Shown here in pieces: positions 28,001 through 41,810 of a stretch of DNA of 64,000 nt. The stretch is from Octopus sinensis (Eukaryota). Position numbers and translations under genes: made by a program. Below the pieces are notes generated by a model. It was not told where the DNA came from, ran no database searches, and saw nothing but the letters and a program-made list of their open reading frames with translations. The stretch is taken from positions 29,264,001 to 29,328,000 of the forward strand of contig NC_042999.1 of assembly GCF_006345805.1 (NCBI RefSeq), given 5' to 3'. The stretch's first letter is position 1; each line of letters begins with the position of its first letter.

Positions 28001-28889
28001 CAGTTAACCATTTCTTCTTTTCATACGAATTAACCTGAAATTGTCTCGTGAATTTCTTGTTGTAGCTTCGCAAATTAGGTAAATTCGGTGTTGGTCTCCC
28101 GCGATTTATAATTAATTTTTTCCCATCGAAGTCCCTTTTAGAAAAACTAGTTCTCAAAATATCGTTTATAGCACACATTTCACTCATTTTGAAAAAGGCT
28201 GCTCTTATGTAAGGACCCACGTGGAAGCGCCGGCGTAAATTTTAAGTCAATTTCAACAAAACGGAAAAATACCCTTTGTTAATTTAATTTAAGATTAATT
28301 AGCTATTTCTGAAATAAGAAATATAATGTAGATATTTCTACTTTCAAAACTTTCTAAAAATATGATAGTGCAAACGGATGTTTTGGATAAAACATTTCAA
28401 ACTTACATGCGAAGGCTATTCCAACATTTCAGCTGGCTAAAACAAGAATTATGGGACAGCTCTTGTTCCGGTCAAAATAGCCAGAGGCGTGATATGCGAT
28501 CTAAGCACAGCATGACACGCCAAACTGAATTTGTCGAATCGCTGAGAGAGAAGGGGGTGACCATTCCTCGTAGTATATCTTTTAAACAAAGAAAGAGGGA
28601 GAAGGGACAAACTATCAAAGACAGAGAGAAGGGACTCATGCTGTCTTCCCAACGCATGACGAGCGATAAATTTATCGAGTCACTAAGATAGAGAGAGAGA
28701 GAGAGAGAGGAAGGAAGGACAAACTAATACAGACAGAGAGGGAGTGTGTATCATGCGATCTTCTAAAAGCATTTATCAAAGCAGATGTACGAAGTGGAGA
28801 CAATATTTCTAAAACAACTGGACGTATTTTCTTTGAAACAAGGAAGGCATGCAGCGCATACCTTGCATTGCTGAGAGTGCACGCCCCTG
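25093..28889 (-). mobile_element. Full-length hAT DNA transposon (ZMYM1-like transposase; Tip100/Zaphod-like by inference), 3797 bp
   Basis: TIRs CAGTGGCGTGC (25093-25103) and GCACGCCCCTG (28879-28889). Perfect 8-bp TSD GTATATAT at 25085-25092 and 28890-28897. Internal transposase. Confidence 0.95.
26045..28187 (-). CDS. hAT transposase, ~713 aa if one extra base in the A7 run at 26809-26815 is removed
   Basis: ATG at 28187 (MSEMCAIND). TTF-type Zn finger (WLTGS..LFCWPCLLF..W), DUF4371-like region, catalytic SILVDETSD and QTYDGAA, HCRAH, and C-terminal dimerisation motif PSTTASVERSFSALSRIKTYQRN. The two ORFs (26799-28220 and 26045-26821) join at SDIF|SFTDVLF. Confidence 0.88.
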
Positions 28890-30420
28890 GTATATATATA
28901 TATATGAGTGCGTTTGCATTTAGGATAGGTCAACTCAAGGACGTGTTTCTCTTTGTATCATGAAAACTAGCACGATTTCTTTCATGGAGGGTGGTCTGTT
29001 AATAAACCGGCGCTACCAATCTTACCAGGCGATGACTGTAATGCGAATTCTCTACAGGACTAAGGACTAAATTTATCAAAACGAGACTGAGTTATTTGTG
29101 AGCCAATGACCATCCACACGAGTGTTGTCTTGAAAAATATTCTGCAGGTTATCTGATAATCAGTACTGCTCGTTTAAGACCGAAGCTACGAAAATTCCAA
29201 TAAAAGACGTGCTCTCGAGCTAGCATCGACGTCTACAAGTGGAGTGACGTAGACCGAGTAGAGAACATAGTCGTACACGAATGTGCGAAAGTGTGATTGT
29301 GTTTGCGCCCGCATGTGTCTGTGTTTGTGTTTCTTGAATAGAGGTATATATGTATGTTCACACGAAAAGGGTGTAGAGTAGCACAGTACGAGTTAAGTCA
29401 AATTAAACAAATTTCCCGACTTCAGTTTATGACTATTAATTTATCCTAAATTGTAACATTTTCATGCACGCGTTGAAATATTTCTTTCTTATCTTTACAC
29501 AACCACCATTTGAAGTAATAAACTTAGCAATGTATATTAATACTTCACGTGTTATTCAATTTCTATATTTCGTCTTTTTTTTCTTTTTTAGTTTCAATTA
29601 TGAGTAATTTAGACTTAACCTGGGTATCTTATTTGTAGTTGATTCAGTGAAAACCATATTTCGAATGAGCATGGCTAAGTCTATCAGATACGTACTATCA
29701 GATCTTTTAGAATGTCGGATATAACGTATCAGTCGTTAAGATATCCATTATCTCTCTCAAGTCGTCTATAATTAATGAAGGTATGCTCAAGTTTGTGTGA
29801 ATTTATGTGTTGGTCTGTCTGTGAATTACAACTAAACTTGTTTCATTATTTATCCATATATATGTCCATCCTCCATATTTTATGTGTATATGCATATAGT
29901 TTGGATGTAAAGGCTTGCGTATGAGCATGTGAATAAAGTTGCCAATGCAACACGAAAATATTTTCACTTACGTAATGTCACTTTTACATATATATAGAAA
30001 GATTTTAAACTATCCTCTCAATAATAGGTACGCAGTCTAATTTTTGTAACCATAGAAGCACACACACGTACACAAGCACGCATGTTTTTCTCGTTTCAAT
30101 TTTTAGACTGGGTCCAGGATGGAGCAATGATTTGAAAGATGTTTCAGTCGGATGAATAGAACCGAGCACTTGTTTTTGAAAGGTACTGATCCTGCCTGTC
30201 TCTTTTACACAGCAGCTAATTTTCAGAGGCATAAACACACCAACAACGATTGTCTAGGTGCGCTGAGGGAAGAGCTACAGTCTGAAAGCCAAACATATAC
30301 ATGTATATATATATATATACATACTTCGCGCTTTTATCGGTTGGGATGCACACTTCTTAGTGCAGAGCCACGACTGCCTCTATGCAAACACAAACACACA
30401 CACACGCACACACATATGAA

Positions 30421-30822
30421 TTACTCTTTTACTCTTTTGTTTTAGTCATTTGACTGCGGCCATGCTGGAGCACCGCCTTTAGTCGAGCAAATTGACCCCG
30501 GGACTTATTCTTTGTAAGCCCAGTACCTTATTTTATCGGTCTCTTTGGCCGAACCGCTAAGTGACGGGGACGTAAACACACCAGCATCGGTTGTCAAGCA
30601 ATGCTAGGGAGACAAACACAGACACACAAGCACATACACACACATATATATATATACATATATACGACAGGCTTCTTTCAGTTTCCGTCTACCAAATCCA
30701 CTCACAAGGCTTTGGTCGGCCCGGGGCTATAGCAGAAGACACTTGCCCAAGATGCCACGCAGTGGGACTGAACCCGGAACCATGTGGTTGGTTGGCAAGC
30801 TAATTACCACACAGCCACTCCT
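30421..30822 (-). mobile_element. Full-length tRNA-derived SINE with internal (TA/CA) tract
   Basis: Head AGGAGTGGCTGTGTGGTAA...GGTTCAGTCCC (A and B boxes) and tail AAAAGAGTAAAAGAGTAA. Several homologues in the window. Confidence 0.88.
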
Positions 30823-31889
30823 ATTCTGCACAGAACGAATTCGATTTTCAAACTCTGCATCACAGGAAGACGTTTCCGAGTAGTTAGTAATGAAAATAGT
30901 GTTATACGCTACGAGAAAAATATTCAACTTTCACATCACCAAAGTTACTTTTCTCTATCTCTCCTATCTGTCTATTTTATTTTTACGATTTTCTCTATCT
31001 TTATATATTTAACACACTTTACCGCACTCTGCGTTACTCTATTTCCGTATATCTATAGCTGCCACACTTGTTACTCTCCCCTCTTTATAGATAATGTAAT
31101 TGTTTTCATTTAGTTTAAAACATCGTCGTAATATTCTTGCATTCATTTCGTGATTGACCACGATGCCACAGGAAATGATAGCTTTCAAATTCACCTGTAT
31201 GATTGAGTAACAATTATCAAGCTCCAAACAACTCTAACAACCCTGTCAAATTTTTCTGTATAAAAGTATCCCGAAACCGGATCCGGAGTACAAATCTTAT
31301 CAACATACCAAGTTCGAAAATTTTCACTTAGTTTGAAACACAAGACACCTGCTAATTTGAAAAGACCCTCGAAAAACATGAGCAGCAGACTCAGGAAAAG
31401 CCCGAAACGAAAAGGAAGAGAAATGTTCATATGCAAACATGAGCCTCAGTCTGACGGTTTCGGGATGCAACCAAGTGTAGGGTACATAGATTGTAGGATA
31501 ATCATAAAAGAACATCAGAGACTCAAGAGGTCATTTCCCATTTCATTACATTTCAAACGGCATCGATTTCTATTGGAATTTAGATTTCCCATACCATCAA
31601 AAAATAGCCAGGGCAAAAAGTTTTTGTTGCCGCTTTACACGTTAAAGAGCACTTTTCACCTATGATCAGCTTTACGGTAGATGCTCAAGAGTAGGAATTA
31701 AGAAAAATAATTACATGTATACCCAAATGGAGGACTAAAACTTCGTTACGTTTAGTTGTTATAAATATCACCAAATAATGCAGAAATCCGTCCTGATCAA
31801 AAGACTGAGCCGTTGGATATAGAATAAGAAATTAAATTAAATAACTTCTTTCTATTGTGAAAATTGCCGGGGATGGATAGGCGAGGTGG

Positions 31890-32004
<115 letters not shown>

Positions 32005-33442
32005 ATATAAACACACACTCACACCACATACATACACATATACACCTGTGTTTGTGTGCGAGTGCGTATGTTTGTGTGTGCATGTTCAGCTTTGGGTTTT
32101 GCTCAGTTCACAGCAAAGTTGACATCTAGTGTTTGGCGGTTTTTCCAAAATCAGAAATGGTAAAGCAATGAAAGCAACTAATGTGAAAAGCTAGGAGAAA
32201 TATAGAATAGTTAAAATTATATTTGAATATTGCTTACATAAAATGCATATTTTCTGTGCCGTTTTCAGAGGCAATGAATAATACATATATTACTCTTATA
32301 ACAGTTGGTGTAGCAAGAATACCATACATGTTAGAACGACATAAAAGTACGACATACAGAAATGATATATAAAAGCAGCAACAAATGTTGTTTATAGCAA
32401 AATGCTATAATATTCTATAGTCTAATCCCAGGAGGAACTGAAGTGCATGGACGTTTGTGAGGACTTCTTATGTGTTACAAAGAAGGGTGCGTCTGAGGGA
32501 TCAATATATAGTCTAGTATATTTGTAATAAATATGGGATGTACTCTATTTATAGTTTTCTACACGTTTATAATTTGATTTGCCACGCATAAAAATTGTTA
32601 TTTTAGTTGCAATGTTGCAAAGACATAAATTCGACATTTTAATAAGCGTAGAACGAACGTGACTTCGAATGTCTTTGAAAAACGATGTACTCTATAACGT
32701 GCTATTCAAATAAATATTTTATAAGATCATTCTGGAATCATTAAGAAATATTTATGTAATATGATAACATAGGAATATAAAACGGCTTTAATTCGAAGTG
32801 TTATTTTTTCATGTTTCGGGCGTAATATTTTTAATAGATTTTTTTATTAATTAACATCGCATTTTAAAATACTACTTCGATTTAGCATGTAATTATCTTG
32901 AGACAATTCGTATTCTTCCATATTTTAATTACATCTGTATCTTCTGCTTAATTCATATGTTCATTAATATGTGTAACCTTTTTAAAAATATAATTCATGG
33001 TTCTTTTAAACAGATTTTTGATTTCGTATTCTTAATTTAGCATTCTAAACTAAACCTTATTAATTGGATTCCTTAATTGTGAGTGCTTTGGGAATTTAAC
33101 CCCTACGACATTCTCGAATCAAGAATTCTATTTCATAAAAATAAATTTCAAATTTAGAATCTCATTTACAGTTTCCTGACGGAGTGAAAAGTGTGTGTAC
33201 CACAGCTATTTTATGATTTGCTTACTATATGTATTTTTGTGCAATGAAAAGAAAGGATTTCTACCATGGTACTCACAATAGTACTCACATAGGGATTTTT
33301 ATATTCCGCTGTTTTGTACAAGGTTTTGCGTGGGAATCGTTGGCTAAGGTCAAGTTATGCTTGCTAGCAAATTCTAAGTTTCTTAGTACACGATAATTAG
33401 TCTCACTGATTCCAGCTCATTGGTCACATGCATCCAGATCTA

Positions 33443-34637
33443 CGAGAGACGCTCAATAAGTAATGCCTCTGACCCACATGGGATAGTATTTATGTCTCTA
33501 TAGATTAAGTGGCAAATTACAGCTCTGAACTAATTGTGGTTTCTGATTTACAGGTGTTTGAACTGAGTCAAGTGTGAAATGGAGCCTGTTGAGTGTCGAG
33601 TAGTGATCCGGTTTTGTATTTGAAAGGATGCACATCACGGGAGACTTTTGATGAAATGAAAGTAACATATGGTGATGATGCCCCATCATATGACCTTGTA
33701 AAACGCTGGCATCGTGAATTTAAACATGGTCAGAACTCTTTGGAAACAACTCCCAGATCTGGTCGCCCCCCTTCTGCCATTGATGAGGCCTCTGTCCGTC
33801 AAGTTGAGGCTGCCATTTTGGAAGATCGACGCATAACTATTCGCCAAATAGCCCATGAGGACAAGATTAGTACCGGGTCTGTGGAAACTATCATTCATGA
33901 TCATTTGCATATGCAAAAGGTGTCTACCAGATGGATTCCCAGGTTGCTCACACCTTTCCAGAAGCAAGAACGCGTCTAGTGCTCGAGGATGAATTTGGAG
34001 ATGTGCCAAGAAGATGAGTCAAATTTTTTCAAAAGACTGATTACACAGTCAATGCAGTGGAAGCACCGTGACTCACCCCCTCCAAAGAAGGCAAGTGTGC
34101 AGCCCTCCGCTGGCAAGGACCAGAACGGAGTAGTGATGACAGATTTCCTGGCAAAGGGTACCACAATTACAGGATCCTATTATTCTTCACTTTTGAGGAA
34201 ATTAAGAGAAGCTATCAAAATCAAGAGGCGGGGCAAGATCAGCAAAAGCATCCTCCTCCTGCAGGACAATGCTCCGGTCCACTATTTGCGTGTCGCCAGA
34301 TCAGAAGCACAGGCGTGCGGCTATGAACTCTTCCCCTATCCCTGCTACTCTCCTGACCTTGCACTCTCTGATTTTTACCTCTTCCCAATCATGAAGTTGT
34401 TTTTGAAAGGAAAGCGTTTCCCAGATGATGCAGCCTTGATTTCTGAAGTCACGCCGTGATTGGAGGACCAAGCTGGGGTCTTCTACAAAAACTGTCTGCA
34501 GAGCTGCATGAAACGATGTGAGAAATGCGTAACTCTGTGTGTTTCCTATGTAGAATAAGACATATAACTGTGCCAAGTTTCGTTGCTCTACTTCTATGGG
34601 AAATGGGTCAGGGGCATTACTTATTGAACGCCCCTCG
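33443..34637 (+). mobile_element. Mariner element, full length but inactivated (1195 bp)
   Basis: 34-bp TIRs (CGAGAGACGCTCAATAAGTAATGCCTCTGACCCA vs CGAGGGGCGTTCAATAAGTAATGCCCCTGACCCA) and TA TSDs at 33441-33442 and 34638-34639. Transposase from ATG 33579 has RSGRP, WIPRLLT, LLQDNAPVH and YSPDLALSDFYLF. Frameshifts, and the first catalytic D region is deleted. Confidence 0.93.
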
Positions 34638-34949
34638 TACATTTGCTATTCCACGCTCCTCGAGTAAGAAAGGGCATGCATCCAGTTGCCGGAATAACAG
34701 GCAAGTTGACTTTATTCGTGCAATTCAATATTCAAGTGCAGCATCAACATGGCAAAGCCTAGGACTTTTCACAGTGATCATGATATGAACATGATGTGAA
34801 CGAGACTCAAATTGAAAATGAACTACAAGAAAGGAGCAATAACCGGTGTAGATATAGACAAACAGAATGATCCTGAGGTGAAAGTTAGTGGCAGGTTTAC
34901 CGTCATCATGTTATCTGACTGAAGGATGTACTTCGGGAAATATCTCTAG

Positions 34950-36150
34950 TAGTGCTACGAGTAAGAAGGAAAAACAAACCATGGAAAACTAACTTCTTGG
35001 ATCTATATAATTTAAGATGGGCCCTGAAAAAGAGCAGGCAAACATGTCAACGAGGCAAGTCAGAAATGCAATAATGTGAACAGAAAATGGCATTGAGGAC
35101 AAGAGAAGCCTTCTTTTCGCAGATGATTTGAGCACACAAATACCTTTCGAATCACAAATTCAGATATGACGGTAATATCTCAAACAATTCCAACAAGAAT
35201 AACAATAACATACTATTTGCAGGGACTCCTCTTCTCACGAATAAAGTCAAAATGCTCACGCTCAAAAATAGAAACTTCCAAGTAGTGGATAACATTCCAT
35301 CAGTATTCATTACACATAGATGGCGAAAGCACTGACATCTACCTTTCATCGGATATATGAAATGAAGCAGTGGACAAATGATTGGAAACCAATCGTTCAT
35401 GATTCTCATCCCAAAGAAAGAGAACTATCCGTCAGAATTATGGAATAGTCATCCTAATTATATACCTCCAACAAAGTATTGTTATGAGTTCCGCTAAACA
35501 GTCTTATGTGGAAGAAATTTCTGCAGAACAGATTGTATTTAGGTCCAAAAGAAGTAATGTTGAGCAGTTATTTAACATTCGATTACTCACCGAGAAACAC
35601 CAGCAACATGAGTCTAACCGCAATTACATTGACTTCAAAAAGTCATTTGACCTTGTTCGGCATGATGGGTTTTACAACAACCCCATCGAAGTAATCCGAA
35701 CTCTGTATGAGCATTCAAGTAGTACATCTCACTTGATAAAAAACATCAGGGAATTTTCAAGACAATAGTGGTTGTCCGAAAATGATGTACCCTCTCACAC
35801 GTGCTTTTCAACAACTTCCTGCAGAACGTCATGTAGGAGACACTTGAAGACCTCCCCGCCTCTGTTTTCATCGAAAGACTACCCACTTCCAGCCTGCGCT
35901 TTGCTGACAATATTGATCTCTTTTCAATCCGTGAAGTAGTTTTGACTAGAAAGTGTACCAGCAGTATTTTTCAGAGGAAAGTTAACGAAGGGCGAATGAG
36001 AGGCAGAAAGAGAAAGTCCTTGTTTGACAATATGAAGGACTGGAGAGGTCACGACATAGTGAACCTTCTACGCATAACAGAGAGCAGAGATAAATGACGA
36101 CAGAAGAACTGTGAAAGCATCTAGTTTGGCACCCTAACAACTGTCTGCAT
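34950..36150 (+). mobile_element. Decayed RTE-clade LINE (RT and 3' end)
   Basis: Remnant motifs ILIPKK, EQIVFRSKRSNVEQLFNIRLLTEKH, YIDFKKSFDLVRHDG, LRFADNIDL and the RTE-type tail GKVNEGRMRGRKRKSLFDNMKDW. Confidence 0.8.
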
Positions 36151-37324
36151 TAGTTAAGTTGAGCTTTAAGGTGATCGATTGATACGTGCCAAACCACTAT
36201 TCACGCCGAGTGACTGTGAGCTAACTTAGAATTAGCCTCTTCAAATTTTACAATGTTAGAAATGAGTTTCAAAACAAAAAAAAAGGCAATAGAAAAGACT
36301 AACAAGTACAAGCTAAAAAATCAAGTAAACTACTCTGGGGAATGTTTATCAGTCAAGTTGAATAAGAATATCTATAAATACAAATACTTTAATAGATCGA
36401 TGTATATTATAAGTTGTCTAGAAATAATTTCAAGAAGCAGCAGAATAAACGTTAAGTTTACAAATATTACTGAGAGATAATATAAGTCATTGTATTTACT
36501 AGGATATAAATCACGCTAAGTTATGCTTGACTTTAACTGAAATATTTTGAAGTATGCCTTATTAAATTAACTGCTTCCGAATATACTAATGCTACATTTG
36601 TATTAGAAAACTAAAATAATTTCTATAGATCATGGTATCAGAAAGGTAGAAACGTATGCATTTCAGCCATCTGAAATAGAGCATTTATATTTCTTTGTCG
36701 AAATGTCACATTCATGGAAAAAATTTGAGTATGACTATACCAGTGTTCTTATCCTTTTGTTGTTTAGAATGTTGTCCCACAGCTGGTATAGCTATTAATT
36801 TACAATACTAAGCTATGTATTTTATATTTGGGAAGGCCAGTAAATGACTTTAAATATGTATTAACATTTTTTACGCTACCAACCTTCTATGCTTAAACTA
36901 GAAAATTTATTCATTCGATTTTCTAAATTCTGAACAGAATTTCCTAAGAGACTAGTTGTGTATACAATGTGTCTGAGTTTCTGAATATTTAAAATTTGTT
37001 GTCCATAGTTAGCTTAGATATCATACTATAATATAAGCCGTCTTTTTAACGAAAGCTATGCACTTTTCCATTGGATATATTGAACTTCTTACTCGTAGAA
37101 GATTATTTATTTGTCTTTTTATTTATTTTTGCAGACAATTGCTTGTTGAAATTAATAACATATGTTATTGCTTTAATTTTATTTTCCTAAAAATCATTTA
37201 GAATGTTTGTTTTTTGACAGGCATCATTCATAATTTACACTGAGATATTTATATTTATCTTGCATGTATTAAGTATCTGGTTATGATATGGGAATATTCT
37301 AAGTCGACTGCTAAAATCCTTAGC

Positions 37325-37495
37325 ATTCTGGTCAAAATGTTTAGAGGCATTTCGTTCCCCGAAAAAGTTTGAGTTCAAATCCACTGAGGTCGATTTCGCG
37401 TTTCAACCTTTCGGGACTGAAAAAACAGAGCACCGGGGTTAATGTAATCGACTTATTCCCACCCACAAACGTCTAGCCTTGTACCAGGACTTGAA
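37325..37495 (+). mobile_element. SINE fragment (diverged)
   Basis: GAGTTCAAATCC..GGTCGATTTCGCGTTTCAACCTTTCGGG core, as at 18545-18765. Confidence 0.6.
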
Positions 37496-39173
37496 ACTAT
37501 TATATGAATATTATAGGCGAGGAGGAATTGTTTTAAGAAGTAATGCAATTTCTGTATGAAGTCCACGCACACAGCTCTATACTCTTATACTCTTTGTAAT
37601 ATGTGTTTCGTCCTTTATTTTCGAAGCCGTCATCGACAACACCTATATCTTGCATATAATATCATGTGTGATTCTAAAGTGTGCGAAGTCAAATATAATT
37701 TAAAACAATACTTTTACACAGGAAACAAAATCTGAATTATCTACATTTGTAATCCATCTAACGAAGAAGAACTTACCTACTTCGTAATATTTAGCAGCGA
37801 AATATCTCACGCATCGTTCCTTACTTTGTTTCATGAGAAGCCTTAACCAGTAATCTAGAAATATATTAAGGCTGTATGTCTACCCAATCGTAGTTTAGCT
37901 ACGTCTAACTTATGCTATCGCTTATTCCCCTGGCAGATATCATATATATAGTTAAATTACAGGACAGAAATAGAAGCGATATCACCTGAGGTTATTTTAA
38001 GATGAAATAGGCATTGTATAAACTATAATGCTGAGCAGTCTATATACGATAGAACGGACATGACTGAACTTGACTAAAAACGGTTGACTTAATTTGTCTG
38101 AAGTTAAACTCGGAATAATAAAAGACATTCATAAAATCATGAATCTTATATAACGTTTTGACAAGACTCATGGCATATCAAAAGAAAAATGGCAATGTAC
38201 CAAGCTGTCGTGCTATGTGAAGCATCATTAAGTGTGTAAGCGAAGTGAATTCGAACCAAGTTATTGCATTGCATTATAAACTCTACATAACACATTCTTA
38301 CATCTCTATTGTTTCATGTTTACATAGATGAAAAATATACCGCTGAATGATAGTTGGTTATTTTAACAATGTTATTGCTTTGCTAGACAACATTGAATTT
38401 GTATGAATTCATTCGTCATATAATTTGACGTGAGAATTCCGACTACGATAAATTTATTTACTTGCTTTTTATCAATTAAAATGAGACGCTTATGTGTGGA
38501 TATAAACAAATAACTTCAAGTAGAATTTATCATATTTTAACGTTACTTTAGCGAATTTCAGTAATTTCAGGAAAAGTGTAAATCTATCATATATTTGTAC
38601 AAATATATAAACTTTCAAGAATTATGAAACCCAAATATTTTTGAATGAATATTACTTTCTTTACTTCCATTTTCTTATAATGATTTTCACACTATAAAAC
38701 AATGGAAATATCTATTTACAAGAGACTTTTCAAAATTTGCAATCATCTACTTTCATAATAATTCATGATGAAATAGCTTACATAAATGTTTTGATAAGTA
38801 CTTTAGTTATATGTAAATGGAAGAAATGTTGTCTTCTTAATTTGAGAAATATGATTGCTGTTTATAATGTTTTCTCAAGGAGTGGTGTCTAGAAACAGAT
38901 TAAATTCTGATGAAATAACTTTTGAGTCTTAATATAATTCAACAGATAATTTCTTAGATAAGTAATGTGTTGTTTGTGTAAGTTATATGGCCTTGTGTGG
39001 TTCGGTGAATATGTGGATGTTATCTCACGCGGGTCGAGTGATCATATACAGGGCATTTGTTTGGGTCTACGATGAAGAGGATTTCTAATTCATATTCTTA
39101 CAGACATCCGGGAAGACTTTTTTATCATACACTTCGTCTGCTCAAAGATATATATATATATAAACTGAATGAA

Positions 39174-39187
39174 TCATCATCATCATC

Positions 39188-39240
<53 letters not shown>
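39174..39240. repeat. (CAT)n microsatellite
   Basis: Seen directly. Confidence 0.95.
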
Positions 39241-40989
39241 CGACATCATCAATAGTAGTAGTTTTCCATTTCCTTTCCTCAATAAAGTCTTCCGAACAGC
39301 TCGAAGAGGCAAGAGAAAAACACTGACAACGATGGTTGAGAGTAATGGAAATGGAACAATATCAAGCTTAGTAACATGAAAATCATTGGAAAGGAGAGCG
39401 AAGCATGCCAAAGCAAGCAACAGTACCAACATGGCTACCAATAAAACCAGCAGAACGACTACCATCACCAACACCGCCGCCGCCGCCACCGCTGCAACTA
39501 CCAGCCAAACCGTGGATGTTCTGCGAATACGCCTTAGTACTTCTGTTCCCGTCAGCTCCCGTTCCTCTTCTTCAACTACCTTCAGTTTTTTTTTTATTTT
39601 CTAGTTCTATCCAATCGCATTCAACATTGGACTCTTTCTAGTGGCTCCGATGAAATAAAGCCCTTCCGCTCCCATGACTATATGTGGTTATTTTACCTCT
39701 CTTTTGTATCTTAGCTAATTTCCTTGTAAATTCGCTTCGGGTCCGTTTCAATTTTGTTTTCCTGATACAAAGTGTTACACTCGTTCTAGATTCAAAATAA
39801 TAGAATGTGTCTTATAAATCCGGAAAGAACCTAAAATATTTTCCTTCTAAAAATAAAATAATTATAATTAAGATGATACTTTGCAATGAAATCACAAGCC
39901 TCCGACTCAATACAGATGAATATATACACCCGTCATGCGAATCTCTTTCGAACCTTGAACGACAATTCCCAAAGTATACCGTGCGCTCTTTAGTCGTAAA
40001 CAAAATATATACAAGAGAAAATGCGTAAGGACTATGACCAAGAAGCAGTGAAAAATACATGTGCCATTATCAGGACTGAGCTGAAACTAATCATCACCAA
40101 CAAAAATAACGAATAAAAAACACAAACAAAATATGGTGACAACATATGCCATGTTTGCTCTCATAAAATTAATACATTTTAATACGATTATGATGACGCA
40201 CATACCGGAATATTTGCAACGCCTACAGATTTGAAATTACAAATTACAACGTATTGAGATGTGATATCAATAAAATATTTGTTTACATAGTGTGACGCCA
40301 TAAATATTCCTTTTTTGAACACAGTTACCTTGAATAATATTTCAAATGATGGTGTTCCATTTGAAACCTGCACGTCATGAACAATATTATTTTATCACAA
40401 ATAAGTCCAAAAGGAAGGACTTATTAATCGTTCACTCTGCAGGTTTGCTACTCATGAAGTATTCCTTGCAAAATAACACACATTTAACGAGGGAGCATTT
40501 AATTTACATTTAGTTAATATTTTCTTATCCCTCGATGAATTTATTCTCGTATAAAATGGTTTTTAAGGGAAAAAACTATAAAACGATTAGATGTGGTTTT
40601 AATAAAGGAAGCACATTTACATTGCATATTCTTGCAAAAAATATTATAGGCAATCAATTTTTGTTGGGGTGAAAAGTAACGTTTGGGAACATGTAGGTAT
40701 GCATTTCTTTAAGATAGAAATATGAACATGATACTGAGTTATATAAAAATGAAATGCAATGAAACCATTGTAACAATGTTGTTTTAGAAATCCCCTACAT
40801 TCTACATGAATAGAAACAATAGATAAGGTGGATATAAATACATGCATCATAATGTTACCCGTGTATATTTGACTGTTGTATGCTTTAATAAATCTACCTG
40901 CGTGTATATATCTATGTGTGTGTGTGCCTGTGTGTTTTTGCGTGTATGTGCGCATCCGTATATATATATGGTGTAATCCCATAAATAAT

Positions 40990-41810
40990 AAGCGTAAGCT
41001 ACTGTAAACAGTGGTTCTAGAAATTCCGATCCTCGTCCTTGTACGTCACGCAAACCCTGCTGCAACAAAATTTTCTGTCGTAACTGTTGAGAAAGAAGTA
41101 TGGAGACTTGAGGAACTAGTAGGGAAACTTTGTCAGCCAACCATTCATCGACGCCGGCGTGTCATCGGGAAAGTTATCAAATTGGTTCAGAAGGTCCCTC
41201 ACAAATCTTCTGAGTCTAATCGCGCGCAGAGAGTGAATATATCCTTGTCTTTGCTGCCCCGTCGGATGAATGAACTTTTTTTTTTCGACCGAATACTAAC
41301 TGGTGACGAGAAATGGGATCTGTATAAAAATACCAAGCGCCGAAGGCAGCGGGTAGGGGAAAGAGAAACACCGGCAGCCCAGGCTAAAGAAGGTCTTTAC
41401 TCAATTTGTTATCAGTTTCGTCGGATGTTATACGTTTAATTCACTTTGAACACTTAAACCCAAACCAAACGATAACAAAGGAGATCTACTGCGAGCATCT
41501 TGAGTGGCTTAATTCAGCAGTAGAAATAAAACGACGATCATTGGCTTCAAGGCAAAAGAGTTTCTTCCATCAACATAATGCTTGAAGTAGTTTCAATAGA
41601 AAACAATGTCCCATGCACCATTTTAACCGCACATTGCCCCACCTGATTATCATATATTCCGCAGTCAGAAAAATTATGAATCATGTATACGATTGAAGGA
41701 GTATTTTTCGTTGCAGACAAGAGAATTTTGGAAGAGGGGACTTGCAAGTCTATCACATAGACTAAAGTACTTTGCAGAGAATGAAATAAAGTATATTTTA
41801 GATTAAAAAA
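40990..41810 (+). mobile_element. Decayed mariner transposase
   Basis: DRILTGDEKWDLYKNTKRRRQ (first catalytic D), LNPNQTITKEIYCEHL, HQHNA and IAPPDYH remnants. Confidence 0.8.

Noticed and set aside
31191-31665. Overlapping 63-110-aa ORFs in non-repetitive DNA
   Set aside because: No family motif recognised in any frame.
40330-40368. Possible 39-nt minus-strand micro-exon (GCAG|...AAG|GTAACT)
   Set aside because: Splice-like dinucleotides alone are expected by chance at this scale.
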